From Alphaproteobacteria bacterium (lineage in GTDB: Bacteria; Pseudomonadota; Alphaproteobacteria; Bin65), in assembly GCA_965249845.1 (NCBI GenBank), contig CBDFNA010000002.1, positions 78,417 to 142,416 on the forward strand: a DNA stretch of 64,000 nt. Reading direction: 5' to 3'. The notes below the pieces were generated by a model. The model ran no database searches and had not been told where the DNA came from. It was given only the letters and a program-made list of their open reading frames with translations. The position numbers and the translations under genes are program-made. Shown in pieces: positions 10,284 to 19,547 of the stretch (positions are counted from its first letter, which is position 1; every line of letters starts with the position of its first letter).

Positions 10284-11108
10284 TTACACCATCAGCCGGC
10301 CGCCGTTGATGTAGAGCGTCTGGCCGGTCATGAAGCGGGCCTTTTCGGACAGCAGGAACAGGATCGGCCCGACGATGTCGTCGGTCACGGCGATGCGGCC
10401 GAGCGGGATCGTCGCCAGCATGGCGCTGTTGTCCATGCCGGCGGGAAAATCCTCGTCGTTCGTCGGCGCGACATCCCCGCCGCGCCCGGTGCCGCCGCGC
10501 AGAAAGGCGGTATCGACCGCGCCCGGCCCGATGCAGTTGGCGCGAATATCGGGCGCATTCTCCTTCGCCAGCCCCTTGGCGAGCGCGATCAGGCCGGCCT
10601 TGGCCGCCGAATAGGTGCCGGTGCTCTTTTCCACCAGGGTCGCAAGGCCCGACGCCGCGAACACCATGCCCGACGCGTTGCCCGTCTCCCCGGCGCCCCG
10701 GCGCAGCATCGGCAACGCCGCCTTGACCGCCAGAAAGGCCGAGCGGAGATTGACCGACAGCGCCTCGTCGATCTCGCCGGCCGTCAGCTCTTCGATCGGC
10801 CGGGGCGGCGACATGTAGCCCGGCAGATGGACCAGCCCGTCGAGCGCGCCGTCCCAGGCGCCGGCCAGGGTCTCGAAAGCCTGCGCGGCGCTGTCGTCTT
10901 CCCGGGCGTCGTAGGGAATCTTCAGCACGCCCTCCGGCGCCGCATGGCGCTCCAGCGAGTCCGGCAGGTCGATGACGGCGACCTTCATCCCCTCGGCAAC
11001 TGCCACCTCGGTCAGGCGTCTGCCGATGCCGCCGCAGCCGCCGGTGACGGCCAGGCGATAGCCGGCCGGCGGCGCCAGACGGGAAAAATCGGGAGTCGGC
11101 AGCGTCAT
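10284..11108 (-). CDS. SDR family oxidoreductase
   Basis: TGGCGGIG, YSAAK, GPGAVDT, GQTLYINGG. Confidence 0.92.
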   Translation of the reverse strand: MTLPTPDFSRLAPPAGYRLAVTGGCGGIGRRLTEVAVAEGMKVAVIDLPDSLERHAAPEGVLKIPYDAREDDSAAQAFETLAGAWDGALDGLVHLPGYMSPPRPIEELTAGEIDEALSVNLRSAFLAVKAALPMLRRGAGETGNASGMVFAASGLATLVEKSTGTYSAAKAGLIALAKGLAKENAPDIRANCIGPGAVDTAFLRGGTGRGGDVAPTNDEDFPAGMDNSAMLATIPLGRIAVTDDIVGPILFLLSEKARFMTGQTLYINGGRLMV

Positions 11109-11662
11109 CGTCGTGTCTTTCCGTCAGCCAGGAACGCTTTGTGCTGTTGTTTGTGCTCCTGGGCCAGCCGCGCGTAGTGGCGCACGCCTTCGAGCAGGGC
11201 TTCAACAGCCCGTTCGTCCAGCTCGCGCATGAATTTCGCCGGCCGGCCGGCCCAGAGCTGACTGCTCGGAATCACCTTGCCCGGAGTCACCAGCGAACCG
11301 GCCGCCACCATCGCGCCCGGTTCGATCGTGGCGCCGTTCATGACACAGCTCTGCATTCCGACGGTCGCACGGTCGCCGATCGTGCAGCCGTGGATCATGC
11401 ATTGATGGCCGATCAGCACCTCGTCGCCGACGATCGTCGGGTATTTCCGGCTGTCGACATGGATCGTGCTGTTGTCCTGCAGGTTGCTGTCCCGGCCGAT
11501 CCGGATCTTGTCGAGGTCGCCGCGCACGGTGCAGCCGTACCAGATGCTGCTGCCCGGCCCGATCCGCACATCGCCGATTATCGCAGCGTTGGCCGCGATG
11601 AAGGCGGTTTCAGCGATGTCCGGTGCGATGCCGCGGAACGGCAGGATGAGGGGCTGGTTCAT
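11105..11662 (-). CDS. Gamma carbonic anhydrase family protein (YrdA/CaiE-like)
   Basis: Hexapeptide repeats; IGDVRIG, SIWYG..VRGD, SNLQDNSTIH, IGH..IHGCTIG, WAGRPAK. Confidence 0.9.
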   Translation of the reverse strand: MNQPLILPFRGIAPDIAETAFIAANAAIIGDVRIGPGSSIWYGCTVRGDLDKIRIGRDSNLQDNSTIHVDSRKYPTIVGDEVLIGHQCMIHGCTIGDRATVGMQSCVMNGATIEPGAMVAAGSLVTPGKVIPSSQLWAGRPAKFMRELDERAVEALLEGVRHYARLAQEHKQQHKAFLADGKTRR

Positions 11663-11844
11663 ATCCGGTTCGGGATCGGGTCGGAGCCGGGCGGTCTTGT
11701 AGCGCCGGTGTGTTACGCCGGCAGGCCGGTTGCGGCAAGCCCCGCGGCGGGAAATGCATTTTGTCGGAATGGCATGGCCGGCGAGCCCCTGTCGCAGGGC
11801 GCAGGGACGGTTTCGGGTAGACTTCCACATTTTATTCCAGTAAT

Positions 11845-11859
11845 GTTCTCTAAATGTAC
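11845..11859 (+). promoter_or_regulatory. Putative alphaproteobacterial LexA (SOS) box
   Basis: GTTC-tctaaat-GTAC, one mismatch to GTTC-N7-GTTC, in an AT-rich patch 80 bp upstream of imuA. Confidence 0.75.
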
Positions 11860-11938
11860 TTTTCTGCGTGCCTGAAGCTATCGGCCCAGCCTTGCTGCGC
11901 CATCGGCGGCACGCAGCACAGGGGGAAAGCGCCCATCG

Positions 11939-12808
11939 ATGCCGACCGCCGCCACGCTGCACCGGCTCCGCGACCGGATCCGCCGGCTGGAACAGGGGCG
12001 TCCGCCGGACAATGGAGCGGCGGGCGGCGACGCCCTGCCCGAGGGCGTTCCGCCCGCAATTGTTCCACTGGGCCTGCCGGCAATCGACCGGACGCTACCC
12101 TGGGGCGGGCTGCCGCGCGGCGCGGTGCATGAAATCCTGTGCGGCGACCCGGGCGACGGCGCGCCGACGGCCTTCCTGCTGGCGCTGATCGGGCGGCAGA
12201 AGGCCGCCGGCCATGCCGGCCCGGTCCTGTGGGTCAGCTGCCGCCGCGACCTGTTCGCGCCGGCCCTGCCCGTCTACGGGTGCGATCCGGCGGATTTTCT
12301 GTTCGTGCGCTGCGCCCGCGGCGCGGATGTGCTGTGGGCGATGGAGGACGGTCTGCGCTGTCCGGCATTGGCCGCGGTCGCCGGCGATGTCGGCAGGCCG
12401 GACTTTTCCGCCACCCGCCGCCTGCAGCTCGCCGCCAACCGGAGCGGCGTGCCCCTGTTCCTGCACCGGGCGGAACGGGAGGTGGAACGGGGAACGGAAC
12501 GGGGAGGGCAAAAAGGCGGCGTCCTGGCCTCCTCCGCCGCCGTCACACGCTGGGCCACGACCGGCCGGCTGGCGGACCCGGCAAGTCCCGAAGCGAAAGC
12601 CGGCGACCCGGCCTGGACGGTGCATCTGCATCGCTGCCGGGGCGGCCGGCCCGGCCGCTGGCCCGTCATCTGGAACCGGGCGCAGCAGGCGTTTCAGCCG
12701 GCGGAAACGGTCGACGGGAATAAGACATCGGCGCCGATGGCGCGCGCGCCCGACCCGGCGCCAATGACCCGGGACACGGCCCGACCGGTAACGCGAGACG
12801 CGGCATGA
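11939..12808 (+). CDS. imuA: ImuA (RecA-like mutasome component)
   Basis: LRDRIRRLE...LGLPAIDRTLPWGGLPRGAVHEI; VLWAMEDGLRC; ATRRLQLAA; precedes imuB and dnaE2. Confidence 0.9.
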   Translation: MPTAATLHRLRDRIRRLEQGRPPDNGAAGGDALPEGVPPAIVPLGLPAIDRTLPWGGLPRGAVHEILCGDPGDGAPTAFLLALIGRQKAAGHAGPVLWVSCRRDLFAPALPVYGCDPADFLFVRCARGADVLWAMEDGLRCPALAAVAGDVGRPDFSATRRLQLAANRSGVPLFLHRAEREVERGTERGGQKGGVLASSAAVTRWATTGRLADPASPEAKAGDPAWTVHLHRCRGGRPGRWPVIWNRAQQAFQPAETVDGNKTSAPMARAPDPAPMTRDTARPVTRDAA

Positions 12809-13111
12809 CCGGCGACAGCGGCCGCTTCGCGCCAGACCGGCAGCAGACCATCGGCGAAAACCCGGTCCCGGGATTTGGCATGGCCGCCGGCATCCGGTGC
12901 AAGTTCGAAGTCTACAAGGACTCCGATCGAAACCGGTCTGGCCGTTGGGGGCGAATCGGGACTTTTGTATGCAGGATTCAAAATTGCCTGGGCGGCTTTT
13001 GCCCGCTGACGATTCAAGCGGCACGGCGGATTGGGCCGGGGCGACCGCGCCGCCGTCCCTTCGTTGCGCCAGCCTGTATACATGATGCCGCGCCGCGGGG
13101 GAGTATCCGCC

Positions 13112-14944
13112 ATGCCGCGTGACCTCTTCGGCGCCCGGCCCGGCCCGATGCCCGACCGCAGGCCTGACCGCAAGCCTGACCGCAAGCCTGACCGCAAACC
13201 GGCCCGCCGACGCATCCTGTATTGTTGGCTGCCCTGCTTCGCGACCGACCGGGTTGCGCGGCGGCGGCCGGCGCTGGCGTTGCAACCCGTCGCCATCGTC
13301 CGGCGCGAGCGCGGCCGGCGCTTTGCCGTGGCGGCCAACGGTCCGGCCCGGCGGAACGGGGTGCGGACCGGCCAGAGTCTGGCGGATGCGCGCAGCCTGT
13401 ACCCCGCCCTGACGGCGGTCGACGCCGACCCGACGGCCGACAGCCGCCTGCTGCTCGATCTGGCGCGCTGGTGCACACGATATACGCCCTGGGTCGCGCC
13501 GGAGGCGTCGGCGGAAGACGATTCGTCCGCCCCTCTTTCTGCCCCTCGGTCCGTCGAGGCCGAAGCCGCCCTGCTGCTCGATATCAGCGGCTGCGCCCAT
13601 CTGGCGGGCGGCGAGGCGGCGCTCGTAGAAGATCTCGTCAGCCGGCTGCAGGCTTTCGGTTTTACCGCCCGCTGCGCCGTCGCCGACACCCCGGGCGCCG
13701 CCCGGGCCTGGGCGCGCTACGGCGATCCGCTGTGTCCCGTCATTCCCGAAGGCGCGCAGGCCGGCTGGCTGAAGCCCCTGCCCGCCGCCGCCCTGCGCCT
13801 GCGCGAAGCGGACACCGAGACCCTGCAGCGCCTCGGCATCGCCACGGCCGGCGACCTGATGGCCCTGCCCCGCGCCGCCGTCGCGAACCGCTTCCAGGGC
13901 GGTTCTATCGCGAGCGTCCTCTACCGTTTGGACCGGGCTTTGGGCGCCGTACCGGAAAGCATCGCCCCGCTGCCGGCGCCGGCAGACTACAGCGTGCGCC
14001 AGCATTATGCCGAGCCGATCGGCACGCCGGAGGGCATGACCGCCGCCTTCGAGCGGCTGCTGCTCGCGCTGACCCGCAAGCTGGAAGCCGCCGGCATGGG
14101 CGCCCGGCAGCTCGAGTTCGGGATTATCCGCGCCGACGATACGCTGGACAGCGTGCGCATCGGGGTCAGCCGTCCGGCCCGCGACCCGGCCCATCTGGCG
14201 CGCCTGTTCGCGCCCCGGCTCGAAGGCCTGGACCCGGATCCGGGCATCGAAACCGTCATGCTGAGCGCCGTTTCGGTCGAACCCTTTACCATAGAACAAC
14301 AGGTATTTCAGAAAGTTAGAGGACAAAGCGCAATAGAACAATTACCTGAGAACAGGCAAAACCGGCCAGCGCTGCCGGGCCGGACAGACAGCAGCGCCGT
14401 CGATGCGCTGATCGACCGGCTGGCCAACCGGCTGGGCCGCACGGCGGTTCTGCGCGCCCTGCCCTGCGAAACCGCCCTGCCCGAAACCCAGACCGGTTAC
14501 GCGCCCGCCCTCGACATCCGCCCCGACGACCCGGCGCTCGACTGGGCCGCCTGGCAGGCCCCGGAGCGCCTGACCGGCCCGGCCCGGCCGGTGCGCCTGC
14601 TCGAAACGCCCGAACGGGTCGAGGCGCCGGTTGAGGCGCCGGGAGAGACCGCGTCCAACGACCCGGCAGTCACCCCGCTTCCGGCGCCGCCCGGTGCCGC
14701 GCCGGGCCGTTTCGCCTGGCGCCGCCGGACCTTTCGGACCGTCGCCGCCGAAGGCCCGGCCCGCCGCCTCGGCCGCTGGTGGCACGGCGAAACCGCCGTC
14801 CGCGACTACTGGCAGGTGGCGGCGGTTCCCGCCGACGCTGCGGACGACATTTCGGACGGGGCCGCGCCGGTCCGCCTCTGGCTCTGCCGCGACCCGGCGG
14901 CAGGCCCGGCGCACCGATGGTCGGTCCACGGGCTGATGGGATGA
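13112..14944 (+). CDS. imuB: ImuB (inactive Y-family polymerase homologue)
   Basis: ILYCWLP, GVRTGQSLADARSL, LARWCTRYTPWVA, LDISGCAHL.GGE, LIDRLANRLG, RDYW...LWL. Start chosen from RBS gggggag. Confidence 0.9.
   Translation: MPRDLFGARPGPMPDRRPDRKPDRKPDRKPARRRILYCWLPCFATDRVARRRPALALQPVAIVRRERGRRFAVAANGPARRNGVRTGQSLADARSLYPALTAVDADPTADSRLLLDLARWCTRYTPWVAPEASAEDDSSAPLSAPRSVEAEAALLLDISGCAHLAGGEAALVEDLVSRLQAFGFTARCAVADTPGAARAWARYGDPLCPVIPEGAQAGWLKPLPAAALRLREADTETLQRLGIATAGDLMALPRAAVANRFQGGSIASVLYRLDRALGAVPESIAPLPAPADYSVRQHYAEPIGTPEGMTAAFERLLLALTRKLEAAGMGARQLEFGIIRADDTLDSVRIGVSRPARDPAHLARLFAPRLEGLDPDPGIETVMLSAVSVEPFTIEQQVFQKVRGQSAIEQLPENRQNRPALPGRTDSSAVDALIDRLANRLGRTAVLRALPCETALPETQTGYAPALDIRPDDPALDWAAWQAPERLTGPARPVRLLETPERVEAPVEAPGETASNDPAVTPLPAPPGAAPGRFAWRRRTFRTVAAEGPARRLGRWWHGETAVRDYWQVAAVPADAADDISDGAAPVRLWLCRDPAAGPAHRWSVHGLMG
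13151..13198 (+). repeat. 12-bp tandem repeat x4 in imuB 5' end (PDRR/PDRK)
   Basis: cccgaccgcagg cctgaccgcaag cctgaccgcaag cctgaccgcaaa. Confidence 0.9.
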
Positions 14945-15006
14945 AACAGGTTGAAATGAAACCGTTTTGCTTTCATATTGCATACAAATTCTATGGGATG
15001 TTAACG

Positions 15007-15243
15007 ATGGCCACGCTCACGATCCGCAACTTGGACGAAAAAACCGTCGAACGGTTGAAGCAGCACGCCCGCCAGAATGAGCGCTCACTCGAAGCCGAAG
15101 TGCGCCATGTTCTGAACAACGCCGCCCAAACCCTTACCCATCGGGAATTTTGGGCGCGGGCCGACGCGATCGCCGCGATGACGCCGCGCGATATCGCGCA
15201 GACCGATAGCGTAACCCTCCTGCGAGAGGACCGGGACCGTTGA
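15007..15243 (+). CDS. FitA/Arc-like ribbon-helix-helix antitoxin
   Basis: MATLTIRNLDE.TVERLKQHARQNERSLEAEVRHVL...LLREDRDR; stop overlaps toxin start. Confidence 0.85.
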   Translation: MATLTIRNLDEKTVERLKQHARQNERSLEAEVRHVLNNAAQTLTHREFWARADAIAAMTPRDIAQTDSVTLLREDRDR

Positions 15244-15734
15244 CGCCGCTCGCATCGACTCCTGCCGTATCGAATTCCCCGCCGTCGAATGTCGTTCCGT
15301 TCGCGCCGCGCCACTTTGTGATCGACGCCAGCGTGGCCATCAAATGGTATGTTGCCGAAGATCGCTATCGGGCAGCGCGCGCACTGGAACATTTCGGCAA
15401 CCTCTTGGCGGCGCCCGACTTTCTTGCTGTCGAATTGGCCAATATCGCCTGGAAGAAGGCACGCCTGAAACAGATCGAGCCGCAGCACGCTGCCCTGATC
15501 GCAGCGCCCGAGGCCCTGTCGCGGGTCGCTCTCCTGCCCAACGGGCCGCTGACCGCGGCGGCTTTCGTGTGCGCCATGGAACTCGACCATCCCGTCTACG
15601 ACTGCCTGTATCTGGCCTGCGCCGTGCATCTCGGCGGTGTGCTGATTACGGCCGACGACCGGTTCGTTCGCACTGTTGCCGACAGCGCCTATGCCCGTTT
15701 CGTGCGCCCGCTCGGCGACCTGCCGCCGGTCTAG
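15240..15734 (+). CDS. vapC: PIN-domain toxin (VapC/FitB family)
   Basis: VIDASVAIKW, ELANIAWKK, DHPVYDCLYLA, LITADDRF; acidic PIN residues present. Confidence 0.88.
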   Translation: MTPLASTPAVSNSPPSNVVPFAPRHFVIDASVAIKWYVAEDRYRAARALEHFGNLLAAPDFLAVELANIAWKKARLKQIEPQHAALIAAPEALSRVALLPNGPLTAAAFVCAMELDHPVYDCLYLACAVHLGGVLITADDRFVRTVADSAYARFVRPLGDLPPV

Positions 15735-15863
15735 GAGGCGGAAAGATGCGACGCTTCCGGACAGCTTCTTTACATTTCCTGACACTTGCCGACATTCCCC
15801 CGGCAAGCGGAGCGCGCCATGCCCTTTGACGGCCGCCCCGCCGCCCTGCCCGGCCCCCCCGGT

Positions 15864-15908
15864 CCGGTCCCTGGTCCGGTCCCTGGCCCGGTCCCTGGCC
15901 CGGTCCCC
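15864..15908 (+). repeat. 12-bp tandem repeat (~3.75 units) after a C7 run at the dnaE2 5' end
   Basis: ccggtccctggt ccggtccctggc ccggtccctggc ccggtcccc; C7 run at 15854-15860. Confidence 0.9.
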
Positions 15909-16292
15909 GTCTTTGCCCCCCGCTTATGCCGAGTTGCAGGTGACAACGAATTTCAGCTTCCTGCGCGGCGGCTCGCACCCGGAGGAGCTGGTGATGCGGG
16001 CGGCGGAGCTGGGCTACCGCGCGATCGGCGTGGCCGACCGCAACACGCTCGCCGGGGTCGTCCGGGCCCACAGCGCGGCCAAACGGACCGGGATCGAGCT
16101 GCTGGTCGGCGCCCGGCTGGATCTGCAGGACGGCGTCAGCCTGCTGTGTTTCCCGCAGGACAAGCCGGCCTACGCCCGCCTCTCCAGCCTGCTCACCCTG
16201 GGCAAGCGCCGGGCGGAGAAAGGCGATTGCCATCTCTGGCTGAGCGATCTGCCGGACTATGCCGAAGGCCAGTGCGTCGTCGTGCTGCCGCC

Positions 16293-16483
16293 CCTTCGAG
16301 ACGGGGCTTCGCCCTTCGAGACGAGGTTTCGAGACGCGATCCCTTCGGATCGCTCCTCAACCTCTCCTCAGGATGAAGCTGTAAATGGCGTAACGAACAC
16401 AACCCTTCATCCTGAGGAGGGCGTTGAGGAGGCCCGAAGGGCCGTCTCGAAACGCCCGTCTCGAAGGATGGCCGTCTCGAAGG
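16293..16483. repeat. Family A palindromic repeat (REPIN-like) inserted in frame within dnaE2
   Basis: Termini CCTTCGAGACGG...CCGTCTCGAAGG; inner arms CTCCTCAGGATGAAG / CTTCATCCTGAGGAG; the ORF reads through without a stop. Confidence 0.9.
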
Positions 16484-19352
16484 ACGGCCCGCCGGACTCT
16501 TCTGCGGCCAATGGAGATTTTTCCTTTATTCTCAAACGGATATCCGGGTTTTTTCCCGGCAATACCTGGCTCGCGGCAAGTTGCCTGTATCGCGGCGACG
16601 ACGCCCGGCGGCTGGACCGGCTGGCCGGGCTGGCGTTGGCGGCCGGGGTGCCGCTGGTCGCGACCAACGACGTCCATTACCACATCCCGGCGCGGCGGCC
16701 ATTGCAGGACGTGCTGACCTGCATCCGCGAACACTGCACCCTGGACGAGGCCGGCTTCCGTCTGTTCGACAATGCCGAACGCCATCTAAAAACCCCGCAG
16801 GAGATGGTGAATCTATTCCATACGCTGCCGTATGCTGTTCATCAACAGTCTGAAATCATTAAAAAAATAGATTTCTCACTCGATCAACTAAAATATGTCT
16901 ATCCCGTTGATCCAATACCTGAAGGAAGCACCCCTCAACAAGAGCTCGAACGGCTGACCTGGCGCGGCGCGGCGGAACGCTACGGTCGTCATGTGCCGTC
17001 CCGGGGTCGTAGCGGCCGTGCGGCATGAGCTGGAATTGATCGGGCAGCTCGGCTACGCGCCCTATTTCCTGACGGTGCATGACATCGTGCGCTATGCCCG
17101 CGGGCAGAAAATCCTGTGTCAGGGCCGGGGCTCGGCCGCCAACTCCGCGGTCTGCTACTGCCTCGGCATCACTGCCGTCGATCCCGGCAAGGTCGATCTG
17201 CTGTTCGAGCGCTTCGTCTCGGCCGAGCGCAACGAGCCGCCGGATATCGACGTCGATTTCGAGCATGAGCGGCGCGAGGAGGTGATCCAGTATATCTACG
17301 GCAAATACGGCCGCCACCGCGCCGGGCTGACGGCGACCGTCGTCACCTACCGGCCGCGCAGCGCGATCCGCGAGGTCGGCAAGGCGCTCGGCCTGTCGGA
17401 AGACACGGTCGATATCCTGGCCCGGACGGTCTGGGGCTGGAGCGACGACGGCCTGAAGCCGGACTACGATCCGCCAGACCGGGCTCGACCCGGCCGACGC
17501 CACCCTGCGCCGCGCCCTCCTGCTGGCGCTGGAGCTGGTCGGCTTCCCGCGCCACCTGTCCCAGCATACCGGCGGCTTCGTCATCACCGACGGGCCGTTG
17601 CACGAACTGGCGCCGATCGAGAATGCGGCCATGGAAAACCGCACGGTCGTCGAATGGGACAAGGACGATCTCGACGCGCTGGGCATCCTCAAGATCGACG
17701 TGCTGTCGCTCGGCATGCTCACCTGCATCCGCAAGGGCTTCGACCTGCTGGCGCAGCATTACGGCCGGCGCCACGACCTCGCCACCGTGCCGGCCGACGA
17801 TGCCGCGGTCTACGACATGATCTGCAAGGCCGACACGCTGGGCGTGTTCCAGATCGAGAGCCGGGCCCAGATGTCCATGCTACCGCGCCTGAAGCCGCGG
17901 GATTTCTACGATCTGGTGATCGAGGTCGCGATCGTCCGCCCCGGCCCGATCCAGGGCGACATGGTCCATCCCTATCTGCGCCGGCGCAACGGCGAGGAGG
18001 CCGTCGTCTTTCCGTCAAAGGAACTGGAGGACGTTCTGGGCAAGACCCTGGGCGTGCCCTTGTTCCAGGAGCAGGCGATGAAAATCGCCATCGTCGCCGC
18101 CGGCTTCACCCCGTCCGAGGCCGACCTGCTGCGCCGCGCCATGGCGACCTTCCGCAAGACCGGCAAGATCCACGGCTTCCACGCCAAGATGGTCGAGGGC
18201 ATGGTCGCCCGCGGCTACGAGCGCAGCTTCGCCGAGCGCTGCTTCCAGCAGATCGAGGGCTTCGGCGAATACGGCTTTCCGGAAAGCCACGCCGCCAGCT
18301 TCGCCCTGCTGGTCTATGTCTCGGCCTGGCTCAAATGCCACTATCCGGCGGCCTTCGCCTGCGCCCTGCTGAACAGCCAGCCGATGGGCTTCTATGCGCC
18401 GGCGCAGATCGTGCGCGACGCCCGCGAACACGGGGTCGAGGTGCTGCCGGTCGATGTCAACCGCAGCGTCTGGGACCATACGCTGGAGCCGGGCGCGGAC
18501 GGCGCCATGGCCCTGCGCCTCGGCTTCCGCCAGATCAAGGGTTTGCGCACGGAGGCGATGGACCGCTTGGTCGCGGCGCGCGGCAACGGCTATCCGGACC
18601 CGTGGACCCTGTGGCGGCGCGCCGGCCTGCCGGCGGCGGTGCTCGAGCGGCTGGCCCGCGCCGACGCCTTCGGCTCGCTCGGTCTGAACCGGCGGCAGGC
18701 ATTGTGGGCGGTGCGGCGCTTCCGGCCGGCGGCGCTGCCCCTGTTCGCGGCGATGGACGAGGACGAGCAGCCCGGCGATCCGCCGGCGCTGCTGCCGGCG
18801 ATGACCCTGGGCGAGCAGGTCGTCGACGATTACGCCAGCGTCCGCATGACCCTAAGGGCGCACCCCCTCGCCCTGCTGCGCGCCGAGGCGCCGTTCGACC
18901 GCGCGACGCCGCACCGCGAGCTGCTGAACTGCCGCAACGGCCAGCAGGTCGCGGTGAGCGGCCTGGTGCTGATCCGCCAGCGGCCGGGCACGGCCAAGGG
19001 CGTGGTGTTCATGACCCTGGAGGACGAGACCGGCGCCGCCAACGTGATCGTCTGGCCCCATGTGCTGGAGCGCTACCGGCCGATCGTGATGGGCAGCCGG
19101 CTGGTCCGGGTCGTCGGCGAAGTCCAGAAGGAGGGCATCGTCATCCATGTCGTCGCCCGCAAGCTGGAGGACCTGTCCTCCCGGCTCGACGGCCTGACCC
19201 GGCTCGACGCTCCCTTCGACCCAAAATTCGAAATCGCGCTTGCCCGGGCCGACGAGACCGCCCGCGAGGCCCGCGACCCCCGGGACTCAAAGCGCGACCC
19301 GCGCCGCGACCGGCTGCACAAGCAGATGTACCCGTCGCGGGATTTTCATTGA

Positions 19353-19547
19353 GCCCTTCGAGACGGGCGTCCTTCGAGACGGCCATTTCGAGACGGCGCT
19401 TCGCGCCTCCTCAATGGCCTCCTCAGGATGAAGGGGAGAAGTGGGGATTGCTCACCTCATACAGCTTCATCCTGAGGAGGGGCTGAGGAGCGATCCGTAG
19501 GATCGCGTCTCGAAGCCCCGTCTCGAAGGACGCCCGTCTCGAAGGGC
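19353..19547. repeat. Family A palindromic repeat filling the gap between convergent dnaE2 and acyl-CoA dehydrogenase stops
   Basis: Perfect 20-bp terminal inverted repeats gcccttcgagacgggcgtcc / ggacgcccgtctcgaagggc. Confidence 0.92.

Larger units (their letters stand above)
15819..19352 (+). pseudogene. dnaE2: Error-prone DNA polymerase DnaE2/ImuC interrupted by about three +1 frameshifts (pseudogene or sequencing errors)
   Basis: PHP start YAELQVTTNFSFLRGGSHPEEL; [18 protein letters not shown]; [11 protein letters not shown]; FPRHLSQH; [10 protein letters not shown]; [12 protein letters not shown]; C-terminal SRDFH. Frame changes at ~15855-15915, ~17003 and ~17468. Confidence 0.85.

Noticed and set aside
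9714-11177. 487-aa ORF as a real fusion protein
   Set aside because: It is the cupin frame running on antisense through the SDR because of the 10-bp duplication.
12095-14341. Long antisense or alternate-frame ORFs (e.g. 748 aa here; also 7804-9765, 24826-27096, 27257-28963, 39029-40831, 57157-59130)
   Set aside because: Shadow ORFs expected in high-GC DNA, overlapping well-supported genes, with no recognisable motifs.
16293-16483. Intein or intron in DnaE2
   Set aside because: No Cys/Ser...His-Asn intein termini or intron features; the insert is identical in structure to the intergenic repeats.
16800-16940. Diversity-generating retroelement variable region
   Set aside because: No reverse transcriptase and no template repeat are present, and the patch is A-rich rather than A-diversified.
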